Origin: Chiloscyllium plagiosum
Taxonomy: Eukaryota
NCBI RefSeq assembly: GCF_004010195.1
Contig: NC_057718.1
Span: forward strand, 30,758,767 to 30,822,766
DNA: 64,000 nucleotides
Direction: 5' to 3'
The position numbers were made by a program, and so were the translations under genes. The notes below the pieces were generated by a model that was given only the letters and a program-made list of their open reading frames with translations, was not told the DNA's origin and did no database searches. Shown here piece by piece: positions 50,961 through 63,510 of this stretch. The stretch's first letter is position 1; each line of letters opens with the position of its first letter.

Positions 50961-51052
50961 AATTAGCAGCTGTGGAGAGTGATAGTTGACTGGATATTGT
51001 AACACTTGAAACACCAAATGCTCCAAAGTTGGTGCATTCAATCGTGAAAGGA

Positions 51053-54000
51053 GCATAGAACAAAGAAAGGTACAGCACAGAACGATGTTTTACCGAGGAT
51101 TATTCCTAATCTAAAATAAAATAACCTAACCTACGCACCCCGCACTTCACTGCTGTCCATGTGCATGTCCAGCAGTCACTTAAATGTCCCTAATGACTCT
51201 GCTTCCACCACCACTGTGGCAATGCATTCCATGCATTCACAACTCTCTGCGTAAAGAACCTATCTCTGATGTCTCCTCTATACCTTCCTCCTAATATCTT
51301 TAAACTATGACCCCTCATACCAGTCAACCCTGCCCTGGGGAAAAGTCTCTGGCTATTGACCCTATTCATGCTTCTCATTATCTTGTACACCTTGATCAGG
51401 TCACCACTCTTCCTCCTTCTCTCCAGCAAGAAAAGTCCGAGATTAATCAACCTCTCTTTTTTAAGACAAGCCCTCCAGTCCAGGCAGCATCCTGGTAAGC
51501 CTTCTGAGCACCTTCTCCAAAGCCTCCACATCTTTCCTATAATAGGGCGACCAGAAGTGGATACAATATTCCAAGTGTGGTCTCACCAAGGGCTTGTAGA
51601 GCTGCAGCAAAACCACACGGCTCTTAAACTTGATCCCCCGCTAATGAAAACCAAAACACCATATGCTTTCTTAACAACCGTATCCACTTGAGTGGCAACT
51701 TCGAAGGATCTATGCACTTGAACACAAAGATTCCTTTGTTCCTCTACACTGCCAAGAATCCTGTCTTTAATTCTATAAATAGCATTCGAATTCAACCTTC
51801 CAAAATGCATCACTTCGCATTTATCCAGGTTGAACTCCATCTGCCATTTCTCAGCTCAGCTCTGCATCCTATGTCACGCTGCAGCCTACAATAGCCCTCA
51901 ATACAATCAACGGCACCTCCAACCTTTGTGTCATCGGCAAATTTACTAATCCACCCCTCAACCTCCGCATCCAAGTCATTTATAAAAACTACAAAGAGCA
52001 GAGGCCCAAGAACAGAGCCCTGCGGGACACCACTCACAACTGACCTCCAGGCAGAATACTTTCCATCTCCAACCACTCTCTGCCTTCTGTCAGCCAACCA
52101 ATTCTAAATCCAGAGAGCCAAATCTCCCTGTATCCCATACCTCCTGATTTTATGAATGAGCCTACCACAGGGAACCTTATCAAATGCCTTGCTGAAGTCC
52201 ATATACACCACATCCACTGCTCGGCCTTCATTGACCTATCTCATCCTCTCCTCAAAGAACTCAATAAGATTTGTGAGGCATCACCTGCCCCTCACAAAGT
52301 CGTGCTGACTGCCTTTAATCATGCTATGCTTTTCCAAGTAGTCATAAATCCTATCCCTCAGAATTCTTTCCAAAACCTTGCTGACCACAGACATGAGACT
52401 GACTGCTCTATAATTGCCAGGGATTTCCCTATTCCCCTTCTTGAAAAGAGGAACAACATTCGCCTCCCTCCAATCCTCCAGTATGACTTCTGTGGAGAAT
52501 GAGGAAGCAAAGATCTTTGCCATCAGCTTAGCAACCTCTTTTCTCACTTTCAGGAGCAACCGAGGATAAATCTGGTCTGGCCCTATGGATGTATCAATCT
52601 TAATGTTTGCCAAAATTTCCAGCACAACAACTTCATCAATCTTGATCTGTTCAAGCCTGTTTCCCAGCTCCTCAAAGTTCTCATTCACAGCAAGGTTCCT
52701 TTCCTTAGTGAAAACCGAAACAAAAATCTCATTTAGGGCTTCCCCTATCTGCTCTGACTTCCCTACACTATCCCTGACCAGCCCTGCATTCTCCCTGATC
52801 ATTCTCTTATTCCTCATGTATGAGTAAAATGCCTTTGGGTTCTCCATAATCCTTCCTGCCAAGCCTTTTTCATGCCCCGCCTGGCTCTCCTCAGTCCATT
52901 TCTGAGCTCCTTTCTAGTAAGCCTGTAATCCTCTAAAGCTGTGCTAGATCCTTGCTTCCTCCACCTTACGTAAGCTGCCTTCTTCCTTTTGACGAGAAGC
53001 TCCTCTGAACTCGTCATCCAAGGCTCCTTAACCTTTCCCCTTCTTGCCTGTCTCAGAGGAACAAATTTGTGCATCACTTGCAACAACTGCTCCTTAAACA
53101 GTCTCCTCATGTCAGTTCTGCCTTTCTGTGGAACAATTGCTCCCAATCTGTACTTCCTAACTCCTGTCTGATAGCGTCATAATTAGCTTTTCCCCAATTA
53201 AATATCTTCCCTGGATAACTGCTCCTTTCCCTCCCCAAGGCTATGTTAAATGTGAGGCAGTTGTGGTCACTGTCACCAAAGTGTTCTCCCACCGTGAGAT
53301 CTGAGACCTGTCCTGGCTCATTTCCGAGCACCAAATCCAAAATGGCCTCTCTCCTTGTCGGCCTGTCTACATACTGAGTAAGGAAACCCTTCTGAACACA
53401 CCTGACAAAAACGGCTCCATCCAAACCATCTGCACTAATGAGATTCCAGTCGATATTGGGAAAGTTGAAGTCACCCATAACAACAAGCCTGCGACATCTG
53501 CATTTTTCCAAAATCTGCCGGCCTATGAGTTCTTCAATCTCCCTACTGCTATTGGAGGTCTGTAGAAAACCCCCAATGAGGGGGCTGCTCCCTTGCTCTT
53601 CTTAACTTCCACCCATGCTGACTCAGTAGACAAACCTTCCTCAACAACCTTTGTTTCTGTCGCTCTCTGATTAACAATGCTGCACACCCTCCTCTTTTTC
53701 CACCCTCCCTGTTCTTTTTAAACATTCTAAACCCTGGAATATCTAGCAACCATTCCTGCCCCTATGAAACCCATGTCTCCGTTATGGCCACAACATCATA
53801 GTCCCAAAATCCATGCTCTAAGTTCATCACTCTTTATTCTGACACGCCTTGCATTAAAGCAGTCACACTTTAACTGATCCCTTTGTTCCATCACATGAAA
53901 AACCTTCCCGATTGATTCACTACACCCTGTCACTTCCCCATATCTAACTACCTCCCTCTCAGATTTGTAGCTCCCACCCCCTGCCAAACTAATTCAAACC

Positions 54001-55604
54001 CTCCCGAACCACACAAGCAAATCTCCCACCCAGGACATTTGTGCACCTCCAATTCAGGTGCAACCTGTCCTTCATGTACAGGTCCCACCTTCCCCAGAAG
54101 GCATCCCAATGGTCTAAATATCTGAAGCCCTCCCTCCTGCACAAGCCTTCCAGCCAGGTGTTAAGCTGCATTCACTGACTGTTCCTCACCTCACTATCTC
54201 GTAGCACCGGTAGCAAACCTGAGATAATGCTCTACTCGTCCTGCTCTTCAGCTTCCAACCTGGCCATCTGTAGTCACTTTTCAGATCCTCAATGCCTTTC
54301 CTGGCTGTATCATTGGTGCTACTATGTACTACGATTTCTGGCTGCTCGCCCTCCCTCTTCAGAATCCTGTAAACCTGATCAGCAACATTCCGGACCCTGG
54401 CACCAGGGAGGCAACATACCTTCCAGGAGTCCTGTTCCTGACCATAACATCTCCTGTCAATCCATCTAATTATTGAGTCCCCTACCACTAGCGCTTTTCT
54501 ATTCTCCTCCCTTACCTTCTCAGCCTGAATAGACAATAGACAACAGGTGCAGGAGTAGGCCATTCTGCCCCTTGAGCCTGCACCACCATTTAATATGATC
54601 ATGGTTGATCATCCTTAATTAGTATCCTGTTCTGCCTTATCTCCATAACCCTTGATTCCACTATCCTTGAGAGCTCTATCCAACTCTTTCTTAAATGAAT
54701 CCAGAGACTGGGCCTCCACTGCCCTCTGGGGCAGAGCATTCCACACAGCCACCACTCTCTGGGTGAAGAAATTTCTCCTCATCTCTGTCCTAAATGGTCT
54801 ATCCCGTATTTTTAAGCTGTGTCCTCTGGTTCGGCACTCACCCATCAGCGGAAACATGTTTCCTGCCTCCAGAGTGTCCAATCCTCAGTGCCAGAGACCT
54901 GACAACTATGGCTTTCCCCTGGTAGGCCATCCCCACCAGCAGTATCCAAAATGTTATACTTATTGCTGAGGGGAACAGTCACAGGGGATCACTGCTCTGT
55001 CTGTCGGTTCCCTTTCCTCCCCCTGACTGTAACCCAGCTGTTCTTATCCTGTATCTGAGGAGTGACCACTCCCTGTACATTCTCTCAATTTCCCCCTCAG
55101 CCTGCTGGATGATCCTCTGTTCATCCAGTTCCTGCTCCAGTTCCCTAACTCGGTTTTTGAGGAGCTGGAATTGGGTGCACTTCCCCCAGATGTGGTCGGC
55201 AGAGACATGTGTCATGTCTCTCACCTGCCACATTCTGCAGGAGGAACATGCAGCTTCCCTAACAGCCGTGCTCTGCTAATCTGAAAGCCCACACAGGACT
55301 AAACAAGGAAGAGAAGAAAAGAAAAAAAATGAGAAAATCTGAAAACTTACTAAGTTTACAGACGCTTACTAAGATTAGAGGTGGTGGGTGGGAGAGACAC
55401 CCAATGGTGTAGGGTCCCAGGTTTAGATCTCATCCACTTAAAAACTTCCTGGCAGCTCTCATTTCTCTCCGCCCTCTCTCCTCGCTGCTCTGTTCAAAAT
55501 GGAGGCCCGACTCTCGAGCTAAGTCCTTGTTTAAGTTGGAAAAACTGACCTATCTGACAGCCCTCATTTTCCTCTGCCCTCTCTCCTCACCGCTTTGTTC
55601 AGAA
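51053..55604 (-). mobile_element. Near full-length CR1 LINE: 5' UTR, ORF1 (zinc finger/coiled coil + SGNH esterase), ORF2 (APE + RT), 3' UTR; inactivated
   Basis: ORF1: GKCTQFQLLKNRVRELEQELD, ALVVGDSII, CLPGARV, VVHSSTND, WDAFWGRWDLY.KDRLHLN. ORF2: CFNARRV, VVMGDFNFPNIDW, SDHN, GVPQGSVLGPLLF, SKFADDTK. Multiple frameshifts. Confidence 0.95.
54529..54883 (-). mobile_element. 3' end of a different CR1 subfamily inserted in ORF1 of the long CR1
   Basis: RTRGHSLKI..MRRNFFTQRVVAVWNALP..FKKELDRAL; (GACAATA)n tail at ~54529-54545. Confidence 0.92.
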
Positions 55605-55854
55605 AATGTGCAGGGAGTCAAAACAGTTAGTCAAAAACAATTGAGGAAGAAGGTTAGTTTCAAATAGCTGAAGTACTGCTGTTAGCTCAGAGGAGCTATG
55701 GTCTCAGTGAAGCTGCGGGAGCAGTATGGTAGCTCTGTGCAAGTGGAGCTTGGAGAATTCTTGGAGTATTTATCATCCCATTAGAGCAGAAATCATGCTG
55801 TGCCTCAGCAAACAAGAGTTGGGCAAGGACAAATCTGTAAGCATAAGTGATTTA

Positions 55855-56206
55855 TTTAGATTAGATTAGATTAGATTAGATTACTTACAGTGTGGAAACA
55901 GGCCCTTCGGCCCAACAAGTCCACACCGACCCGCCGAAGCGCAACCCACCCATACCCCTACATTTACCCCTTCTTACCTAACACTACGGGCAATTTAGCA
56001 TGGCCAATTCACCTGACCTGCACATCTTTTGGACTGTGGGAGGAAACCGGAGCACCCGGAGTAAACCCACGCAGACACGGGGAGAATGTGCAAACTCCAC
56101 ACAGTCAATCGCCTGAGTCGGGAATTGAACCCGGGTCTCTGGCACTGTGAGGCAGCAGTGCTAACCACTGTGCCACAGTGCCACCCATTGTGCCACCGTG
56201 CTGCCC
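55855..56206 (-). mobile_element. Young HE1 V-SINE with (TCTAA)n tail and duplicated 5' head
   Basis: A box TGGCACAGTGG, B box GGGTTCAATTCCC, V-domain TCTGCGTGGGTTTACTCCGGGTGCTCCGGTTTCCTCCCACA; many intact CpGs. Confidence 0.95.
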
Positions 56207-56565
56207 ATGTGAAGCTCTTGTGAAGTTCTTGATGCAAAGGAATGGCCAGGAGCAGTGTACTTTTGCTTAGCATAACTAGAAAGCTGGAACTGTGGCAATG
56301 AATAAATACTGAAGTGTAAGCTTCTGAATTCAGTTGAACACAGTCTCAAGAGAAGAGATTGAGCAACTGGGTAGTGATCAGTCTTTGATACAGCCTGAGT
56401 TAGAGACGTGATGAGGGAAATCTGATGCTAGACCATTGAAAGAGAGAACACTTCATGAGGGAGACAAGAGTTTTAAATAAATTTTGCGACTCAGAGATCC
56501 CACCCATCTGGGTGGGTTGCTAAGAAATTTATGGGGTCTGAATTGGTTGTATCTATCACTTTATA

Positions 56566-56886
56566 GATGGCATGATGGTTCACTACTGTTCCACAGCATC
56601 AGGAACACAGGTTTGAATCCAGCCTTGGGTGATTGTGTGGAATTCACACATCTTCCCTGTTTCTGTGTGGGTTTCTGCCAGGTGCTCTGTTTTCTTCCCA
56701 TGGTCCAAAGGTGTGCAGGTTAGGTGGATTTGCCATGCTAAATTGTCTATAGTATCCAGGGGTGTGTAGGCTAGGTTGATTAGCCATGGTAAACCATGGT
56801 GGGGATGCAGAGATAGAGATGCTCTTCAGAGATCAGTGCAGACTCAATGGGCCGAATGGTATCTATGCACTATAGGGATTCAATGT
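56566..56886 (+). mobile_element. Older HE1-related V-SINE
   Basis: GGTTTGAATCC, TCTGTGTGGGTTTC..CAGGTGCTCTG, GCCATGCTAAATTG, GGGCCGAATGG. Confidence 0.8.
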
Positions 56887-57269
56887 ACAGTTTATGATGT
56901 ATTTGACACATTTACCTGTTAATTCATGTTTAACTTTGAGATAATGAGAGACTTTGTTGACATTGTACAGAGAAAAATCTTGTAATTGTTTAAAATTGTA
57001 CAATTTCATGGCTTTTTTCAGCTAGTAAGTCACTGGGATGTCAAATTTTGACTACTTTAAATAAAAATAACTGGTCGCTAACCAGATCGCAATAAATCTG
57101 AGGCCTTGTTTGGAGCCATAAACAAATTTTATCGACTGGTCTGGGATAAAAACAACGTTAATTATCTGGAATACTCCCAACCAATCAGCAGCAAATATGA
57201 GCTCAACCAATAATTTAAAATCTGAGGTCAGTGGATCTTTTCTAGCCTTGAACATTAGGCAGCTAGGCT

Positions 57270-57600
57270 GAGGGGTGGCAATGGCCTCATGATAATATCA
57301 CTGAGCTATTAATCCGGAGATTTTGGGGACATAGGTTCAAATCCTGCCAAGGCAAACAGTGGAAGTGAATTCAATCAAACAAATCTGGGATTAAAGGTCT
57401 AATGATGACTATAAAACTATTATTGATTGTTGGAAAAACCCATGTAGTTCACTAACGTTATTTAGGAGAGGAAACTGCCTTCCTTACCTGCCCTGGTTTA
57501 AATGTGACTCCTGACTCATGGCAATGTGGTCAACTCTTAACTGGAATCTGGGCAATAGATGGTGACCTAACCAAAGTGCCCACATTCCCATGGATTTTTT
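57270..57600 (+). mobile_element. tRNA-derived SINE family B
   Basis: GGTTCAAATCC B box; AAAAACCCAT.TAGTTCACTAA..TTTAGG..AGGAAACTGCC; GCCCACATTCCCATG tail. Confidence 0.82.
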
Positions 57601-58210
57601 AAAATATCCAAGGATGGATTAATAATATAGATCGGCCATGATAATCTCGGTTATACTCCCGTTCTTTCATCTTGGAAGACAGGTGCTCATCATTGAGCTT
57701 GGTTAAGCAGGGTGTAGCACTTATCTGGAGATCTTATCCAATGCATACTGGCGTGCCCCTCTTGATCAGTCTAGGCAACAGAAGTACATCTTCAGAAGAC
57801 AAATCATCTGTTCAATGATGACCAGAGTAGGTGAAGGGGCAGCTTTTTGGTGCTGTTCAGTCTCACTCTGAGGGTGTACGGTGGGGTCATTAGCCATGCC
57901 GTCAGCGGTATCCCCATCACTCATGAACCAGCTCAGGAGTTGAAGCAGGGAAGTGAGCATTTAAGAAATCTGGGACTTTTACAGAATGCAAGTATCGCAA
58001 CAGTTCCCTGGAAAGTGGATGCATACCTTCAGGATTTCTTGCTTGTGATCACAAACAAGTTGAATGTTGAGATAGTGAAATCATTTTCTATTCAGAAATC
58101 AGGCTGGGTGATGACATGGAACTCTGAGCATCACATGCGAGCAATCAATGACTGTTTGTACATGAGGGAACCTAGTGATATCTGAACATCCAAAGGCTGT
58201 CTGGGGTTTT

Positions 58211-58541
58211 TTAGATTAGATTAGATTACTTAGATTAGATTACTTACAGTGTGGAAACAGGCCCTTCGGCCCAACAAGTCCACACCGACCCGCCGAAGCA
58301 TATACCACCCAGACCCATACTCCTACATTTACCCCTGCACCTAACACTATGGGCAATTTAGCAAGGCCAATTCACCTGACCTGCACACTTTTGGATTGTG
58401 GGAGGAAACCGGAGCACCCGGAGGAAACCCACGCAGACACGGGGAGAATGTACAAACTCCACACAGAGAGTCGCCTGAGGCGGGAATTGAACCCGGGTCT
58501 CTGACGCTGTGAGGCAGCAGTGCTAACCACTGTGCCACCGT
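58211..58541 (-). mobile_element. Young HE1 V-SINE
   Basis: Highly similar to 55855-56206; intact A/B boxes and V domain; (TCTAA)n tail. Confidence 0.95.
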
Positions 58542-60216
58542 CTGTGGTGAACAGGACAAACTGTATTGCTTTGCTGTATTGCAAACTATAAAATACATCA
58601 GTTTATGCAGAAATGCACTTGAGCCAGTTGGATTGTGCACACAAGTTCCCAGTTAAGGTTTGAATGGAGTTGGTAGTTAGGAAGTTCATGCTACCGTGAT
58701 CTTCCATCCCACAAGTATTGCTGTTCCTTCTTTTCTGTGGTTGCATATCTGCCTGCAGGAGGCAGCATATATGTGATGACATCACTAGTCATGAGAAAAG
58801 GCTGGCATTACTGCCTTTGACTTATCTGCAAGTAATTACAATTACTTCAGAATGTCCTATCTCAGTGGAGTGCTCAACAAAGCTGAAGACCCTGGTTTCC
58901 CACTTCAAGCACTGCTTGCTCAACCACAGCTGTAGCCCACTAAGACTCATGGTTTTGTTGGCACTGGTCATCCTTTTTTCTCCTCCTCTTCCTCATTCTC
59001 CTCCTTTTTCTTAACCTCATTAAAACTAATATAATTTGGGGATTATGTTTGTCAGACATTTAACATGGAAATACTGATTTGTGAAGAAATAACAAGAATG
59101 AGATGTATACTACAAAATGGCAAATGCTGGAGAAACTCAGCAGGTCTGTGGAGAGAGAAACAGATAACTTTTCTAGGCTAATATAACTATTCTTCTTCTA
59201 CTCTTTTGTCATTATCAGACTTTTTGTTCTTGACCTAAAGTCTGTCCTACAGCTATCTTTACATGGTGATTGGTTTTTGCCTTCCTGTGGGTGCCTTATT
59301 CAAGATATTTGTAGCCTTGATCTTTACATGTCTTCCCGTGCATGTGACAATTAACACAACCTGACTTTTTGTGGCTTTCATTGTCTCCTGTGATACAGTA
59401 TCATGAACTTGGAATTTACAGTCTGCATAACTGTTATTTCCCTACATCCTTAATTTTGAAATACACAAGCCAGTGAATGTTCCTGCATGGCTGAATGTGG
59501 AATAATCCCCTCAGCACTATCACCACTGTTGGCAATTCTTAGGTATCCTACATGTCAAAGGTTAGAGAGTCATAGGACATGGTTGGGATGTTGGCATTTC
59601 AAGCTGTAAGAGCTTATTTACTGTTATTCAGATGTGAATGCTTCCCTTCAATGCAAAACCATTAACCGATTGCTCACACAACAGCATTGTTTGGTTTTTG
59701 TTTGAATTCCCTTAGTTAGGTGTGTTCATGTTGCGCAGGAATATGTTCCAATATAACTGGGTCCCCTTGCATTTGCACTGCGCATTCTCTGAGTGGCCTT
59801 ATTTGTGTAAAAAGGTGGTTATAAATTTTTCTTTTGACTTTTTCACCCACCTTACCCCCCTCCACTCCACCTCAACATTTTCAATATACTTCCAGTGACC
59901 CAACAGCCACATCATTTAAGTTTCATACCCTATTATTTGTTTTCACCCAGTTTACCTTTTTGTGAATCTTTTCCATTGGACCCCCTACCCCACCTTATCT
60001 CTTCAACACCCTTTTCCTTTCACAAACCTTTTTGTTGGTACACTACCTGCCTACCCAAGTCAAGTTTGCTGGCATCAGAGAGTGTGGCTGCTTCGTTTGG
60101 GTAGCCTGTTGGCAAGGTCAGTCTTCACCCTTTACGATGTAAACTGATGTTTATTTATGAAGGAGTTAAATAATGGAGCTTAAGGGAAGAAATCTACTAT
60201 AACTGAAAAGTTTTTG

Positions 60217-61620
60217 AGAACAAAGAGCAAAGGATAGGACAGCACAGGAACAGGCCCTTCAGTCCAGCAAGACTGCTTTGATACAAGATGCCTTTCAAAG
60301 CTAAAAACTTATTGCCTCTATGCAGTCTGTGTTCCTCTATTTCCTGCCTATTCATATATCTGTCAAGATGCCTCTCAAACATTGCAACTGTGTCCTCTTC
60401 CACCACCTCTTCTGGCAATGCATTCCAGCCACTTAACAAGCTCGTGCAGAAAATTTGCCAGTCACGCTCCTTTCAACTTATTCCCTTAAAACTACGTTCC
60501 CTAGTAATTCACATTTCTACTCTGGGAAAAAGGCTCTGACTATCCATTCTATACATGCTTCTCATAATGTTCTAAACTTCCATCAGGTGGCCTCTCATCC
60601 TTCAACATTCAAGTGAAAACAAACCAAATTTGTCTAATCACTCCTCATAGCTTATACCCTCTAAACCAGACAACATCCCAGTCTCATTTTGTACCGTCTC
60701 CAAAGCCTCTACATCCTTCTGGTATTGTAGTGATTAGAATTGTACATAATATTCCAAAAGTAGCCTATTTAAAGTTCTGTACAGCTGGAACATGACTAGC
60801 TAATTTTTATATTCTATGCACCCAAGCGATGAAGGCAAGCATGCCATAATTTGGAAGAGCTGGTGTTGGACTGGGGTGTACAAAGTTAAAAATCACACAA
60901 TACCAGGTTATAGTCGAGGAGTATAAGATCGTACGACACAGAATTTATAGCGAAAGTTTACAGTGTGATGTAACTGAAATTTTATATTGAAGAAGACCTG
61001 GAAGCATGCCATATGCCTTCTTGACCACCTTTCTATTTGTGTTGCCACTTTGAGGGAACTGTGGACCTGTACACCTAGATCCCTCTGTATCTTGAAACTA
61101 CTAAGGTTCTGCCATTTATTGTCTACTTCCCTCCTGCATTAGATCTTCCAAAATGCATCATCTTGAATTTGTTCAAATTATACTCCATCTGCTGTTTCTC
61201 CATCCAAGTCTCCAGCCTGTCCATATCTGCTGTCTCCTCTGGCGCCCTCTTCACTATCCACAGCTCCCCCAATCTTTATGTTGTCTGCAAATTTACTAAT
61301 CAGGCCACCTACATGCCCTTGTCAAAGGCCTTGCTAAAGTCCATATTAACAACATCTAGTCCCTGCCCTCATCAATCATCTTTGTCACTTCCTTAAAAAA
61401 CTCAATCAAATTTGTGAGACATCACCTTCCCCATACAAAGTCATGCTACCTCTTGCTATTAAATCCATACTTTCCAAATGTGAGTATATCCTATCCCCAA
61501 GAATCTTCTCCAATAATTTCCCTAGCATTGATGTAAGGTTCCTCAATTATCCCTGTTGCCCTTCCTAAACAAAAGAATATTGGCTATTCTCCAGCATTTT
61601 GGGGCCTCGCTTGTGACTGA
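60217..61620 (-). mobile_element. Older CR1 3' portion with internal deletions and a nested insertion
   Basis: WNALPEEVVE..FERHLDRYM; GTTGTCTGCAAATTTACT (SKFADN on the minus strand); CR1 tail at ~60217. Confidence 0.88.
60849..61001. mobile_element. Short insertion, probably a Penelope-like terminus of a second family, nested in CR1
   Basis: 12-bp TSD AAGCATGCCATA (60837-60848 and 61002-61013). GGTGTTGGACTGGGGTG..CAAAGTTAAAAATCACACAA..CCAGGTTATAGTC resembles shark PLE termini as I recall them. Confidence 0.6.
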
Positions 61621-63159
61621 AGAACTTATCAGTTAAACTCAACCATCAGGAAACTGCATCTAATTTAGTTTCTTTGCTTTCTCTTCTAAAAGCTCCAGTT
61701 GGGCCTAGAAGATTCTACCCAGTGCTGTAGATTCAGACTTTTGAAGTACCTTCTATTTGTGACTATGAGATCTTTTGGTAGTTTCCACACCCACACATTT
61801 GATGTGGTGTATTTCATTGATAGAAAAGGAGGTGAATCCTGTCCCCTCTGTGGAAAATTTACTCTGTGTTGAAACCTGTATATTTTACACCCAGAAACTG
61901 CATCGTGTGGCATCACTCTGAATGTACTGTAGGCTCAATGACTCCAATCAAACAGCTTATATTCTATGCTAATACAACATATTTTGCTACTGTAGCCTGT
62001 GTGCTTTATTTTGCAAATGTTTTGTTTTCAAATGGTCAACACACACATACATACATAGATGTATGTCCAGCTCCTGACATTATAAATTAGTATTTCAGAT
62101 AATCCATTTTCATAGCATATTGATCAAATACTTTTTCAAAATGTGAATTGACCCAGAACAATTTCCTTCCTGAATGTTTGATCCATTTGTTCCCTATTCT
62201 GTGGTGAGAAACATTTTTCAAACCTTTCTCTGGCTCTTGAATTTGTATTTACTTCTTTCGGTCTTAAATAGCTGGCTGGCTTCAACATTTCATCTTTTCT
62301 TTTCGAGGGAGCAAAAGATATGTTTGACACAAAAGAGGTATAAACTGAGCATTCTGGAGTGCAATAAATGAACAATTTGATTAGGTTGATGCTTGTCATG
62401 TGGACTATGCGAGAGACTCCACTGTATGAGGATTATCATTGAATTGTTGGCTAAGTGCATCAATTACCAATAGTTGATCCTGACATTTGGTTTCAAAATG
62501 TTCTTTTTCTGCATCTGTCTCTATCTCTGCCTCTATACCACATCTTTTCCAACCTCTCTCTTTCTTTCTCCCTCCCCACCTCTTTTTCTCAGTCCTACAA
62601 TGTAGAAACCGCAGAAAAAGATTGTTTTAAGTAATTATTTAGGGCAAAGCAATTCTTATTTGTTCATTTCATACATCTGCAATGAACAAGCACGTGTGGG
62701 CTTTGTTCTAATTTTTTAACAGCTGAGAAATCAAAGATGTGCCTACATCAACAGAGCAAATTGCATTTCAAATACTGCACATTAAAAAAGTTGAAATGGA
62801 AGATCAGACTAAATGAGTCTCAGAAAGAATTGATTAAGTTTAAATTGATTCACAACATGATGAAATGTATTCTTTATCCTAGTTATTCAAAGCAATCATT
62901 AGGGGTTTTCAAGTTTTGTAAGAACTGTACTCAAATATATTTTATAATTGTTGGTTTGATTGTAGAGTAATTACACTTTACAAACACTGCTGAAGCTCAC
63001 ATACTCTGCTGGAGATCAGTCTGAACTCCAGCTCACAGTGTGTGGCGATGTTGTTATAGGTCTGCTTTCCAAGTGATGTGAGTGGCATGTCTGTTTTTAA
63101 ATACCTTGAGAAGTGCCATCCAAGTAGTAATCAGTAGATTTCCCCATCCTACAGATGGC

Positions 63160-63510
63160 AGGTACACTGGCTGTTGGAGAACTATAACATTCAAACTACA
63201 GGTAAGTCCGGAGTTAGCTAGTCTCGGCCATGACAATGATAGGGCACAATTGTTTCAGCTCAGCATCCTGAACCAAGGAGGGAAATTAACCAATATTGTT
63301 TCTCCTCATCACTATTCTGGGATTCTTCCTGGAATAGTATCAGTGTGTCAGCTAAGGTCAGGATAGAGCTTGATTGCAATGTCTCACAGTTGAATAGTTC
63401 ACTAATACTTATTGCCGAGAATCACAGATGGAAAATGGCCTCATGTGTAAAACCATTGTTAACAGTATAAAGCACAATGTGATGAGGTGTTAGCGTTTTT
63501 AGGAGATTTG
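63160..63510 (+). mobile_element. Ancient SINE-like repeat
   Basis: GAGTTAGCTAGTCTCGGCC..ACAATTG..CAGCATCCTG..GGAGGGAAA..CTCCTCATCACTAT..GAAAATGGCC resembles an old elasmobranch SINE body. Confidence 0.4.

Noticed and set aside
56100..56206. tRNA gene (A/B boxes)
   Set aside because: The boxes belong to SINE heads continuing into V-domain and LINE-like tails; the same applies to the other tRNA-like heads.
61693..61875. Possible exon after a pyrimidine tract (LQLGLEDSTQCC...CPLCGK)
   Set aside because: No recognisable homology or clear donor; consistent with a chance open frame.
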